Shown piece by piece: positions 1-13,853 of a stretch of 64,000 nt of DNA. The stretch spans positions 4,000,001 through 4,064,000 of the forward strand of contig CM000150.2 of assembly GCA_000004695.1 (NCBI GenBank), in the 5' to 3' direction. Positions within the stretch are counted from its first letter, which is position 1. Each line of letters starts with the position of its first letter. Under the pieces are notes generated by a model. That model saw nothing but the letters and a program-made list of their open reading frames with translations, did not search any database and was not told where the DNA came from. The DNA is from Dictyostelium discoideum. Taxonomy: Eukaryota. A program made the position numbers and the translations under genes.

Positions 1-110
1 TTTTCATTTTTTAATTATATATTATATATTATTGCTATTTACAATAATTTTTTTTTTTTTTTTATAAAAATTTAGATTCAGTTTTAAAAATTTTTGTTAT
101 TTTATTTGCA

Positions 111-349
111 GTTATTATAGCATTCGCTTTTATTATTGGGTTAAGTGTATTATGTAGAGAGAAATTAAAAAAAATTTGTTGTTGCTTTGGTCAAAACAGA
201 AATAGTTTAAATAATTTAAATCAAAATAATATAAATATAAATGATGATTCTCTAAATAATATTCAACAACCAAATGAAAATACACATTTATTAAATAATA
301 ATAATAATAATGGTATAAGTCTAATTAATAATAACAATAACAATAGCCA

Positions 350-432
<83 letters not shown>

Positions 433-647
433 GTAATAGTAATAGTGGAAACGTATTTAATCATAATGTACTCCAGGGTGAAACACCAGAATCAGATTGT
501 TGCACAATTTGTTTTGATTCAAAAATCAATGCAGTTTTGTTAAAATGTGGACATTGTGCAGTATGCTTGCAGTGCACTAGAAAAATTAGTATTTGTCCAA
601 TTTGTAGACAAAAAATTGATTCTGTAGTTCAAATGTATCAAGTTTAA
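111..647 (+). CDS. 3' terminal exon of a membrane-anchored C3HC4 RING-finger E3 ubiquitin ligase. The 5' part of the gene lies outside the window.
   Basis: An acceptor (tttgcag) at about 108-110 opens an ORF reading VIIAFAFIIGLSVL (hydrophobic helix), then a poly-Asn tract, then ...PESDCCTICFDSKINAVLLKCGHCAVCLQCTRKISICPICRQKIDSVVQMYQV with a stop near 645-647. The Cys/His spacing is that of a C3HC4 RING. Confidence 0.6.
338..432. repeat. (AAT)n trinucleotide microsatellite encoding poly-Asn inside the RING gene
   Basis: About 30 uninterrupted aat units are visible in the sequence. Confidence 0.9.
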
Positions 648-1178
648 TTGATGCATATATATAAAAAAAAAGTAGACATAATTCTTAAAAATGAAAAAAT
701 AAATTATGATCAATTTAATTTAATCCTTTTATCATTTTAATTTTAATAAAATTTTGTTCAACAAATATATATATATTTTTTTTTTTTTAACATTATTAAA
801 AAAGTTTTTTTTTTATTTCTAAATAAAATCAAATACACTATAAATTATATTAATAAACTGTAAAGTTAAATTTATTATGAAAAGTAAAAAATACTGTATA
901 TTTCAAATTCATTATTTTTATTATTATCTACTACATTGAAATTTTTTTTTTTTTTTAAAAAAAATAAAATTATATATGTATCTTTTAAATATAAATTAAT
1001 CATTACAATAAAATTTGTAAAAACCCCGCTTTTTTTTCTTTTTTTTCATTTCCAAATTTATTTAATTTTTAATTTTTTTTATATTTTATTTTATATTTTT
1101 TTTTAAACTTAATTTAAATTTGTTTTTATTGTTTTTCAGTTTATTATTATTAACAATGAAAAACCAATAAAAAAAAGA

Positions 1179-2462
<1,284 letters not shown>

Positions 2463-2802
2463 TAAAAAAACAAAAATAATAATTGATTATTACCAACACA
2501 TGTCAAAAGAATGAATCAAATAAAAAGATAATTTTTTTTTTTTTTTTTTTCTTATTTTTTTTTCATTTTTTTCTTAAATTTTTAATGCTTTTGTAATTTA
2601 ATTATTGTGAAAAATTAATACAATAAAAAAATGATTTAAAAAAAAAAAACCGGAGATTTTTTTATTTTTTTAGAGAATTTGATTCATTGAAAGGGTTTGT
2701 AGATCTAGATATTTTTTTTAAAATTTTTTTTATTTGGTTGGAACTTGTTTTTTTTTTTTAAATAATTTCACATCATAATACATTTAAATAAATATTAAAA
2801 AA

Positions 2803-5323
2803 ATGATTAATAAATCATTTTTATTGATATCAATTTTATTACTTTTAAATAATAGTAAAATTATAGATTCTACATCATCATGTCCAGCAGGTACAAATAA
2901 TATGGCAAATGGTGGTTGTCCAACTGTTATGTATCCTGATCTAAATTGTGAATGTGATAATGGACAATGTTTTGCATGTTTAGATATTGATGAATGTATA
3001 AGTGGTCATAATTGTGTAGCACCAGCATACTGTGTGAATGATTATGCAACATTTTCTTGTAAATGTCCACCAAATGGTTATACTCCAAATGGAACTGGTT
3101 GTGATGATATTAATGAATGTAGTTTAGGAAGTCATGATTGTGTAACACCTGCATACTGTGTGAATAAAATTGGTTCATTTACATGCGAGTGTCTAAATGG
3201 TTATACATTATCTTCAAATAGTAAATCATGTGATGATGTCGATGAATGTACTACTACTCCAACTATTTGTGGTTCTGCAACATGTATGAATACACAAGGA
3301 GGTTATAAATGTAATTGTCAAGAAGGTTATATCTATAGTCCGATAACAAGTAGTTGTTTAGATATTGACGAATGTACTAATCCATCCATTTGCGGTTCTG
3401 CAATTTGTAATAATTCACCTGGTAGTTTCTTTTGTCAATGTCTAAATGGGTATTCATATAATTCAGTATCAAAAGCATGCGATGATGTAAATGAATGTAT
3501 TGACACACCAACCGTTTGTGGTTCTGCAAAATGCACAAATATAGATGGTGGTTATATTTGTAATTGTGACATTGGTCTCAGTTATGATTCATCAACAAAG
3601 AGTTGTTTAGATTATAATGAGTGTAGTATGGGTACTCATAATTGTGTTTCACCTGCAACTTGTGTAAACACTCATGCTTCATTTACTTGTGAATGTATTA
3701 ATCAACCAGGATATACTCTTTCAAATAATGGAACAAATTGTATCGATATTGATGAATGTAGTTTAGATACTGATGATTGTATTTCACCTGCCTATTGTGT
3801 AAATGAGCCAGCTGGTTCATTTACATGTGTATGTAATGACGGTTATACTCTATCAGGTGATGCAAAAAGTTGTATTGACATTGATGAATGTAGTTCAAGT
3901 ACTCATGATTGTGTTTCACCTGCGACTTGCGTAAACAATGATGGTTCATTTTCTTGTATTTGCAAAGATGTACCAGGTTATTCTTTATCAAGTAATGGAA
4001 AAAGTTGTTCAAAAAATAATATTTCAATTTCATCAGTTATACCATCATTTACCAATGGAGGTGAAGCAAGTTTTATTGGTGTATTTGGAAATACATTTAA
4101 AGATTTATCATTGTTAATCGGTTCAAATAATTGTTCAATAATAGCCAACTCATCAAATTTAATAAAATGTACAGCCCCTCCAGGTCAAGGTGTCCATTCT
4201 GTTATATTAAATATAGATGGTGAACAATATATTGCAAATCAAATCTATCAATATCAAAATCAAATTCTTCAATGTCCAAATGATTGTTTATCAAAATTAA
4301 ATCAAGGTATATGTGATTCAAAAACAGGTCAATGTAAATGTAATACAGGTTTCAATTCATATGATTGTAGTGGTATTATAATTTTAGATGATACAAAGAG
4401 TAATGGTGGAATTAAATTTGATAATCATACCAATTCATTTACAACTGATGATAATAATGTTAAATTTTTGATTTATTATAAACTATTAAAAGAAGTTGGA
4501 TTTGATGGTCAGGTTTATAAAACTTACCCATTGAAAAAAGAATGGATTTTAAATAGTACTTTTGAAAATGAAATGATATTTGAACAAACCATTTCACATG
4601 ATTCAAATTGTAAAATTATTACTCACTTTCAAGAAATAAAAGATGAAAAAAAAGCATTTCAATTTGCAAATGAACAATTTTATTTGGAAAAAGGGTCAAT
4701 TAAAGTTACAATTAAAGTTACAAAATATGATTATATAAATAATTTAAATACCTTGGAATTGGAATTAATTTCATCAATTGAAGAACAAGATCAAAATAGA
4801 AATGATTGTAATAGTAAAGATATCGATATTGAAGATATTAATAGTCCAGCATCTTCAAAATTTAGTTTTATTAAAATTTCAAAAGATAATAAAATATTTT
4901 CTGGTAGATTTTTAAATAAATTATTATCAGATAATAGAGAAACCTTTTTTTCAACTGAAAATATTAAAGATTTGGAATCAAATTCAATTACAACTTTATT
5001 AAAATTACCACATTTTAATAATGAATGTATTATTGATCCTGGTATGTTTATTATTACTTAAACAAACATTATTTTATTATTATTTTAAATACTAATAAAA
5101 AAGTTTGTTAACTTTAGATTTTTCTGTATTATTATCAACTGATTTCAAAGAAAATTGTAAAGAGGATAATAGAAAATGGGTAATACCGGTTTCAATTGTA
5201 ATTCCAGTTGTATTCGTAGCTTCTGCCATAATTTTTATTTCAATAATTTATAAAAAATCAACAACAGTTAAAATTGGTTTAAAAAAATTTAAATCAATAA
5301 AATTAAATTCAATGAAAGGTTAA
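2803..5323 (+). CDS. ComC-like secreted/type-I membrane glycoprotein: signal peptide, about 9 calcium-binding EGF-like repeats, an IPT/TIG-like segment, EGF, a conserved C-terminal ComC-like domain, and a TM exon
   Basis: Exon 1 is 2803..5041 (ORF-track ORF 2803-5061). A phase-1 GTATGT intron runs 5042..5117. Exon 2 is 5118..5323 and encodes DFSVLLSTDFKENCKE...WVIPVSIVIPVVFVASAIIFISIIYKK (TM helix plus basic tail). EGF repeats carry the D-I/V-D/N-EC and C-x-C-x-x-GY motifs. The same domain order and intron position recur in the paralogs at 34417-38553 and 62615-64000. Confidence 0.7.
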
Positions 5324-5996
5324 GCACAATAAATAAAGTTAAAAAAAAAAAAAAAAAAATTGAAATTATTAATTTGTTTCTTTTTTTTTTATAAATCAAC
5401 CAATAATGATAAAATAATTTTCAAAACAATAGGTTAAAAATCATAAACACTAGAAACCATTGTAACTTATGTTGTTTTTGAATCAAAAACCATTAGAATA
5501 CTCATAAATACCATAAACAAATATATTAACATTAATATTATTAAAAATTTCTCATAATAAAAGAAATAATTATTTTTAAAAAACAAAGAATTTATTATTG
5601 TTTTGTAATTGTAGAAAATTTTACTATTTATTATAGAGTGGCTAGTTTGGAAGTACTGTGCTTGGTAAACAATAGTCTTTTATAATTTGATTTTTAAATA
5701 TTTTCAATTTGTTTGATGTATTCTGTTTTGTTACAAATTGAGAGTGTTTTGATAATGATAGTTTATAGTTTTTAACTTTGTTTATGCAATCCAAGTTTGC
5801 GGTACCATTTACTCTATTTATAGGTAGATATCCAAAAAATCTTTAAAGTTCGATTCCAGGTTTAAAGATTTTTTGTTTTTTTTTTGATATAAATAAACTA
5901 TTGTAGTATACAATTAGTATGTTATTTTTTATTTATTTATTTTAGGTTTTTTAGTTTTTGTGAATTTAAAATAGTATGTTATTTTAGATTAGGTAA

Positions 5997-7331
5997 TTAA
6001 TAATTAATTGGTGGTGTAATTGTTGGAATTGGTTCATTTGTGTTTATGCTCCATTCTTTTTTAAATTTTTTGATGGTTTCGGACCATTGGGTTTCTTTTT
6101 GAGTTTTTGTGAGGTTGTTTTTAATTGAGTATTGGTTAAAGTTTGATAAAGTTCTTGAATATTCCAATCTTATTAGCTTGTGCCATTTTGATTTTAATAT
6201 ATCATAATCTAGTGTTGTGTTGTTTATTTGGTTGTTCCAATTATCAATTGATTGAGTTATATTGATGTCAAATAATGATTTGCATAACCATATCCATATT
6301 TGGTGAATAACTAATGAGATTATGTTCCAATATGCATGTGTTCTGACTAGATCAAGATTTGTGTTTATATAATTCCAGTTGAACCTGTATTTTTTATATT
6401 GTGCGTTTTCTGCAAAATGAAAATTAATATTGATAGTTGGATCTGGTTTAAATGCTTTGTTGTTTGTTTGTGGTTTATAAATGAGTGTGTATAATTTTGT
6501 TGTTTGGTTTTTTGTTAGTGACCAGTTTTTGTTTCCATTGCAATTTTTATAAATAAAATATTTTAATTTGTCGTGGTTTATGAAGTTGAATGTGTGCTGA
6601 CAATTGAAAAACAAATGACCATAGGGATCATTATTCATTTCATTGTTGCAAATGGGGCAAACTTTGTTGTGTAGATGATTAATCGGAAGACATCTAGCAT
6701 GGAATCTTTGCATTGTATCACGGCCTTTTGGATCTTTTAATTTTTGAATTTTGACAAATAGTTGGTCGTATGTGTATTTCCATAATAGTTGTATTGATTG
6801 TTGGTGCGAAGTAAGAAGTAGATCTGAATATTTCTTGCCAATATAGTCTTTTGATTTACATTGGTGATTGTTTAGTATTGTCGAGTAGATTTCTTTGAGT
6901 GTTGGTGGTAATGGAATATTATTTGTGTTTAATGTTTGAGAGGTTTGATTTTTTATTAATATTGGTTGTAGGATTTGAACTTTATCTTTTAGATATCCAA
7001 TTTGAGTTGCATAGTTTTCCCATTCTTTTTTGATTTTTATAAGGTATGGAGAAGAGATTGATTTGTTGATGATTTGATCCATCCAACTTATCATGTATAT
7101 TGAATTTTTTGCAGATTTATGCATTTGTAAAAATCTGTTGTATATCCAAATCTTTTGAGCAACTTGTCGTAATTGTATATTCCACATACCCCAACCACCT
7201 TCTTTTAATGGTTTTAATGATCTATCATAACACATCGAAGGTATTTTTGCACGTGAATGGATGGTTGATGTGTTGTTTTCAATGGAATTGGTATTGAGAG
7301 TTGGTGATTCAGAATTTGCGGGAGAATTCAT
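5997..7331 (-). pseudogene. Retroelement ORF2 C-terminal (Cys-rich/zinc-knuckle) region, separated from the RT by frameshifts
   Basis: ORF-track ORF of 444 aa. It contains CPICNNEMNNDPYGHLFFNCQH. It lies downstream and out of frame relative to the RT fragment. Confidence 0.6.
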
Positions 7332-8026
7332 AAACCATGAGATTAATTTATTAATTTGAATTTCTTCATCTTTTGTAAATTCTTCAAGGTATGATAAATA
7401 TGTTATTGGTGATAGTGAGTAGGTGTTTATGATGGTTGTTTTTGTTTTTAAAATGTTGTGCCACTAGTTTTCCATAGTACTAATGATTTATTCAACGTTT
7501 TCATTGTTTCTGGTAATTTCCTATGTAAACCTTTATGATTAAAGAAATAGCCAAGGACTCTTTCAGATTGATCTTTTTTGGTTATTGGTATTCTTTTTGA
7601 TTGTGAAATATTGTTTATTATGTGTTTATCAGTGATTTTGTGGGGTTGATTTCTATTATTGCACTTTTGTCAAAATTTAATGATGATGATGTTGAAGCGC
7701 AGAAATTATCGAAATGTTTGATTGATTGTTGTTGTTGTTCGTAGTTGATGTTGTATGTTGTAGAGTCGTCTGCAAATTGGGTAAATTTGATTTTAATTTG
7801 TGGATTGGGTGAAATTGGTAATCCAATTATTGAATTGTCTGCATTGTTCTTGCTTATATTTCAATTACAATTACAAATAAAGTGGCTGAGATTGGGTCAC
7901 CTTGTTTTACACCTCTTTTAATATCGAATTTTCTGGTCGTTTTACCATTAATTGAAATTTTTGCTTGTGAGTCAGATAATAGCTTGTGGATTAAATTTAT
8001 TAATTTTATTGGTATACCAATATGAA

Positions 8027-9300
8027 TTAATGTTCTTTTAATACTATCGTGAGAGATAGAATCAAATGCTTTAAAGAAGTCAATAGTGTGATGATACCAG
8101 GGAGGTTTTTAGATTTGAGGTAGTTGATTAATTCATTGATGTTGATGTTGTCTATGATGAATCTGTGGGGTACGAAACCAGTTTGGTTGTTATTTATGAT
8201 GAAAGGAAGTATTCTTAGAAGACGTGCATTGATTACTTTTGAGAGGATCTTGTAATCAGTGTTTAGAAGTGTAATGGGACGACGATTTGATATGAGTAAG
8301 GGGTTGCCTTTCTTGTATATTGTGTGTATAAGACCTTCGGTGAATTCTGTTGTGATGTGGTGAGGATTTTCTAGTATATCGTTGAATAATGCAGTGAGAA
8401 TTGGTTTAACTTGGTTTAAATGATTAATGTAGAAAGCATTTGCAACGCCATCTGGACCGGGTGATTTGTTGGGGTTACAGGTTTTAATTGCAGCTTCAAC
8501 TTCATCTTGTATAAATGGTGAGTCTAAACCATTACAATATTCATTTTTTATGATGGGCCATGTGTTTAGCATGAGCTGGTGAGTAATTGGACAACATATT
8601 TGTAAGCTATATAGATTTGTGTAGAATTCAACAAATGCATTTTCAATTTGGTCGGATGTAATGATGTTACCATATTGGATTGATTCAATTTTTGCATCTT
8701 TTGATCTTTTGTTTAGTATTGCTGATAGATACTTGATAGGTATTTCTCCATTTATATGTTTTTTTAATATGTTTGTGTGGTTTTGATGTAATTTGTTTTT
8801 GTTACATATAATATTGTATTCGGCGATGCATTGTTCTTCAAGATGTTTGAATTTTGCTGCTTTTTCTAATAGTATTTGTTTTGCACGTTGAGTTTGTTTG
8901 TCTTTGTTATATTGATAGTTTTTTAGAGTTTTAATAATTTTTGATTTTACTTTTGACCAGTTTGTAAATTGATTGATTGATGTGTTATTGTGATTAGTTA
9001 TTAAATGATTGATAATATTGATTGCTTCATGGTCATTTGCAGTACCAGGTGATAATATCCATCTTTTCTTATGTTTATTTATTTGAAAAGGTGAAGAAAT
9101 TGTTGTTGATATTGGATTATGATCTGATAATGAAGATGGAATTTGGTGGACTTGTGTATATATATTTTCAGGGTCTATTCTATTGTATTGAGTATATATT
9201 CTATCTAATCTGTTGCCATGTGTATGAGTTGGAGTGTTTTTAAATTCACCTTGATCAATTAAATGGTGTTGGTATGTGTAGGATTGGATAATATCATCTA
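8027..9300 (-). pseudogene. Retroelement ORF2 fragment: APE endonuclease C-terminus fused to RT motifs 0-3, truncated at the 5' end and terminated by a frameshift at 8027
   Basis: ORF-track ORF 8027-8572 plus a continuous upstream reading frame. The RT motifs are PGPDG, RPITLLNTDYKILSKV, and QTGFVPHR. Confidence 0.65.
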
Positions 9301-9414
9301 ATAGTGAATTGTCGTTGTGGATACAGTTGAAATCTCCTGCGATAATAGATACATGTTGGGATTGGTTTTGTTTCTGGAATCGAACATGCGTCTGTTGACA
9401 TCACGAAAGAAAAG

Positions 9415-9497
9415 TCCGGCTTGCCAGATTCGAACTAGCAACCGATTGATCACTTTCTATACTACAGTCAATCGCGCTACCATTGCGCCAAAGCCGG
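9415..9497 (-). tRNA. tRNA-Tyr (anticodon GUA) with a roughly 11-nt intron 3' of the anticodon
   Basis: The minus-strand sequence is CCGGCTT TG GCGC AATGGTA GCGC G ATTGA CTGTAG[TATAGAAAGTG]A TCAAT CGGTT GCTAG TTCGAAT CTGGC AAGCCGG A, followed by a CTTTTC terminator. The cloverleaf pairs correctly, with GCGCAATGGTAGCGC in the D-arm and GTTCGAATC in the T-loop. A canonical intron after position 37 is expected for eukaryotic tRNA-Tyr. Confidence 0.8.
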
Positions 9498-9789
9498 ATG
9501 ATGAAAATAAAATTATTTTTACCAATTAAGGTTCGTTTTTTTTTCAATTTTTATTAAAATTGTCAGAGAATACCCTTAAACTGGCACCAAATAACTCAAT
9601 GTCGGTATCTACAGCAAATTCACCTAGATATCCATATGATTTTATGGAGCTGTATATTTAATAGGAATTGGATGATTGTTGATAAAAGAATAAAATTAAA
9701 TAAAAATACTTTTTTTTTTTTTGATGTAAATCAAAAACGAGTTTTTTAAATAGAAATAATTTATTGTTATAATTTAGAAAAAAAAAATT

Positions 9790-10233
9790 TTAAACTTTAC
9801 TTAAAGTAAGTTTATATTGGTAATTGTATGTACTACCCATGATAGCAAAACCACCACTATAAGATTTTACAATTTTGGAACTAGTTGGAATTTGATCTTT
9901 ACTGGTGCAATCTTCGCTATAGAAAACACCACTATAACCTTTAGTTATTTTATATTCAACATGGAGATTTTCACCAGAATTGTAAACACTAACTTTATTT
10001 GGATCACTGAAAAATGTTGATCCAATACCCTTTGAAAATGTATGATTATATGAACTAAAAACAATATTATTTTGTAATAATTGAGCCAACAAGAATATAC
10101 TTTGTGAACCATTATCCAAAGTTTGAGGAATTTCTGGTAATTTACATTTACTACCAAACATTTGAGCATTTGATACTAAACATAATGAAACTAAGAATAA
10201 TAAAAAAAAGGTAAAACTATTAGAAATTTTCAT
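9790..10233 (-). CDS. Small secreted protein (signal peptide plus about 125-aa mature domain), copy 1 of a tandem triplet
   Basis: ORF-track ORF of 147 aa, MKISNSFTFFLLFLVSLCLVSNAQ..., with conserved C, N-glyco sites and a GYSGVFY motif. It is about 80% identical to the 11450-11893 copy. Confidence 0.6.
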   Translation of the reverse strand: MKISNSFTFFLLFLVSLCLVSNAQMFGSKCKLPEIPQTLDNGSQSIFLLAQLLQNNIVFSSYNHTFSKGIGSTFFSDPNKVSVYNSGENLHVEYKITKGYSGVFYSEDCTSKDQIPTSSKIVKSYSGGFAIMGSTYNYQYKLTLSKV

Positions 10234-11449
10234 ATTTTTATTTTTATTTATTTAAAGAATTAAAGTTTAATATATAGAAAACAAATTAAAAAAAAAAAGG
10301 GTATAAATAGATTTTTTTTATCCTTTTTTTTTTTTAATTTTTAAAAATTAAATATTTCAATTTCAAAAACAACCCCAGAAAATTTAAGATAACTTAAATT
10401 TTTAAAAACTATTTCTAATTTAAAAAAATATTAAACAATTTTTTTAACTTAAAATTAAAAATTACCATCTTTGCAAATAAAAATAATTAAAGATATATTT
10501 ATAGTTATTTTTATTTTAAAAAATATTAAAGAAGTACGATTTTTATTGGATATTATTAAATTTAAAAACAGTTAAAATTTTAAATTTGAAAAATCATACT
10601 AAAAATTTTTTGAATTTTTCTTTTAATAGGAAAATGAAAAGGTTTTGGGGAATGTTTAAAAAATAAATTTTTATTTTTTTTATTTTTAAATTTTAACTTC
10701 TAAAAAAAAAAAACAAAAAAAAGAAATGAATAATAGAAATCTGATTAATGATAATCCTACATAATCAAATTATTCAAAACTGACCAACATAAACACCAAC
10801 GCCATCGAAAACATTAACAGATCCAATGAGAGTTTTAACCAATCAAAATGATGTAACTTTAGAATGTTTCGATCAAGAACATCAATCATAAATTTCGATA
10901 ATTGTATTAAATTTACCGCTCATTAAAACAAATTGGAGATAAGGTAATACTTCTTTAAAATCCAAATTGATGATCATTCGAACTATGGTGGATTCATTAA
11001 TGAGCAATCATCAATTCAAAAGCATCATCAACTGAAAACCACAATTCAAATATTATCAATATCACTATCATTAATTTGTATTTCAATACCAAATTATAAA
11101 CAATCAATAATCCTGATCCTTCAGTACTAATATATACTTATCTATCATTGGTTTCCATTTCTTTTGCTGCTAAATTTATTGCCAGACAGTTATTTTGGTG
11201 TCCCTCCAAATTACATAAACAGTTTTTAGGATAATATTTAACTCATTATTCTCTTTGACAATTCTATTAGCATCTTCAAATGATGAACTTTCTATTTCAT
11301 TTTATAATAAGACATTTAAAAATTATAATTCCATTTTGGGAAAAGGAGCCATTTTGTAAAACTTTAATAAAAATACATTTTTTTTATGTAAATCATAAAC
11401 AAGTTTTCTAAACAGAAATAATTTATTTTTTTTTTTATAAAAAATAGTT

Positions 11450-11893
11450 TTAAACTTTAGTTAAGATAAATTTATATTGGTAATAATATGTACTACCCAT
11501 GGTAACAGAGCCACCACTATAAATTACTACACTATAGGAATCAGATGGAATTTGACCTTTACTTGTGCAATCTTCGTTATAATAAACTCCACTATAACCG
11601 CTAACTATTTTATATTCAATATGGAAATTTTCACCAGAATTGTAAACACTAACTTTATTTGAATCACTGAAAAATGTTGATCCAGTACCTTTTGGAAATG
11701 TATGATTATATGAACTAATAACAACATTATTTTGCATTAATTGAGCCAACATGAATACACTGTGTGAACCATTATCCAAAGTTTGAGGGATTTCTGGTAA
11801 ATTACATTTTTTACCAGACATTTGAGCATTTGATACTGCACATAACGAAACAAAGAATAGTAAAAAAAAGGTAAAACTATTAGGAATTTTCAT
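11450..11893 (-). CDS. Small secreted protein, copy 2 of the tandem triplet
   Basis: ORF-track ORF of 147 aa, MKIPNSFTFFLLFFVSLCAVSNAQ... It shares flanking promoter-like sequence with copies 1 and 3. Confidence 0.6.
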   Translation of the reverse strand: MKIPNSFTFFLLFFVSLCAVSNAQMSGKKCNLPEIPQTLDNGSHSVFMLAQLMQNNVVISSYNHTFPKGTGSTFFSDSNKVSVYNSGENFHIEYKIVSGYSGVYYNEDCTSKGQIPSDSYSVVIYSGGSVTMGSTYYYQYKFILTKV

Positions 11894-13336
11894 GTTTTTA
11901 TTTTTATTTATTTTAAAGAATTAAAGTTTATATAGAAAATAAATGAAAAATAAAAATGAGAAAAAATAAATGTTTAAAATAGATTTTTATTTTTCTTATC
12001 CCTTTTTTTTTTTTTTTTTATTTTTAATTTTTAAAAATTAAATATTTCAATTTCAAAACCTACCTCAGAAAATATTAAATTTCAGATAACTTTAATTTTT
12101 GAAAAACTAACTCAATTAAAAAAATAAGTTTAATGAAAAAAATAAAAACAATTCTATTTGACCCTAAAAATAAAAATTCCCATCTTAAGCAATATTGTTT
12201 TTTTTTTTATTTTTTTTTTATTTTTTTAAAATAAAAGAAGTATGATTTTTAATTGAATATTTATAAAACCGGATACAATTTTCAATTTGAAGTATTATTC
12301 TGAATACTTTTTTTTCTTTTAATACATTTTAAAATAATTATTTTAATTAAAAAAAAAATTAAAAAATAATAATAAAATAATAACAATTTTTTAATTTGTT
12401 AATTAATAAAATTATTGGTTGAAAATTAAAAAGTTTTGGGGGGTGTGAAAAATAAATTTTTTTTTTTTATTTTTTAAACCCCAAAACTTCTGGAAAAAAA
12501 AAAAAAAAAACAAAAAAGAATTGAATAATCCTATGGAATCAAATTATTCAAAACGGACATTAACACTAACACCACCAAATCAGATTAATGGTTATCCTAT
12601 GGAATCAAATTTTTCAAAAACATAAACAGACCAAATGACAGGTTTAACCAATCAAAATGATATTAATAATAGATATTAAATTTACAAACTGAAATGTAAA
12701 TATATATAAATTAATTGTTACATACATATACATACATACATACACACACATATATATTATATACTATCGCAATAATTAAATTAAAAAAGTTTGTTCTTTA
12801 CAAGTACACATTCAAAGTGATCCAAACTCAGCAAATACATCAACAACCAATAATATTATTATAAAATTAGAATGGTTCAATCAAGCAACCATTCAATTTG
12901 CTAATAGCTAGTATTAAATACTTCTCATTAAAACAATTTGGAGATAAATAGCAATAATCGATTCAAAACCATCATCAATTGAAAATCAATAATTAGATTC
13001 AAAAATGAACTCAATTCAAACATTATCAATATTGCAATGATTCATTGGTAATGTAATACCCAATAATAGATAGCTATCTATTAATACTATAAACAATCAA
13101 TAATCATGACTTTACAGTATTAATAGATAGCTATCTATTATTGGGTTCCATTTCCTTTGCTGCTGTTGGTGTCCCTCAAGTTTACATTCAAAAAGTTTTA
13201 AGGATATTATTTAACTCATTATTCTCTCTGACAATCTTCTAATGATGAACTTTCTTTTTCAATTTAAAATAAAGTATTAAATAATTATAAGGCCATTTTG
13301 GTAAAAGGAGAATAAAACATTGTAAAACTCTTATAT

Positions 13337-13373
<37 letters not shown>

Positions 13374-13406
13374 ATGATATACAGAAATAATTTATTGTTT
13401 TATAAT

Positions 13407-13853
13407 TTAAACTTTACTTAAATTAAGTTTATATTTGTATGAGTGTGTACTACCCATGATAACAAAACCACCATCATAATATCTTAGAATATCGGAACTA
13501 GTTGGAATTTGATCTTTACTTGTGCAATCTTCGTTATAAAAAACACCACTATAACCCTTAACTTTTTTATATTCAACATGGAAATTTTCACCAGAATTGT
13601 AAACACTAACTTTATTTGAATCACTGAAAAATGATGATCCAGTACCTTTTGGAAATGTATGATTATATGAACTAATAACAACATTATTTTGCATTAATTG
13701 AGCTAACAAGAATACACTTTGTGAACCATTATCCAAAGTTTGAGGAATTAATGGTAAATTACATTTTTTACCAGACTTTTGAGCATTTGATACTACACAT
13801 AATGAAACAAAGAATATTAAAAAAAAAGGTAAAACTTAGAAATTTTCATATTT
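13407..13853 (-). pseudogene. Copy 3 of the secreted-protein gene, with a 2-nt deletion in the signal-peptide codons that causes a frameshift
   Basis: The upstream sequence reads atgaaaatttctaag-ttttacc where the intact copies read ...cctaatagttttacc. Only the distal 109 codons (13407-13736) remain as an ORF. Confidence 0.5.

Larger units (their letters stand above)
5630..9400 (-). mobile_element. Degenerate, 5'-truncated TRE-type (tRNA-gene-targeted) non-LTR retrotransposon, probably of the TRE3 class because it lies 3' of the tRNA
   Basis: Read on the minus strand, about 9300-8600 encodes the C-terminal third of an APE-type endonuclease (NRLDRIY...LSDHNPI). It runs in frame into a reverse transcriptase at 8572-8027 (PGPDG, NRRPITLLNTDYKILSKVINARL, QTGFVPHRF), followed by frameshifted RT remnants at 8000-7350 and a C-terminal Cys-rich domain ORF at 7331-5997 (CPICNN...HLFFNCQH). 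The ORF1 and APE N-terminus are absent. The element's 5' end abuts the 3' end of tRNA-Tyr. The 3' boundary near 5630 is approximate. Confidence 0.7.

Noticed and set aside
5835-5875. Possible additional tRNA gene suggested by a GTTCGATTCC T-loop-like core
   Set aside because: The flanks form a simple 12-bp inverted repeat, not T and acceptor stems. No D-arm or anticodon arm can be drawn. It was kept only as a B-box-like motif within the retroelement tail.
9317-9529. 70-aa plus-strand ORF
   Set aside because: It runs antisense straight through the tRNA-Tyr gene and the retroelement junction. Its composition is driven by the tRNA sequence, so it is an artefact.
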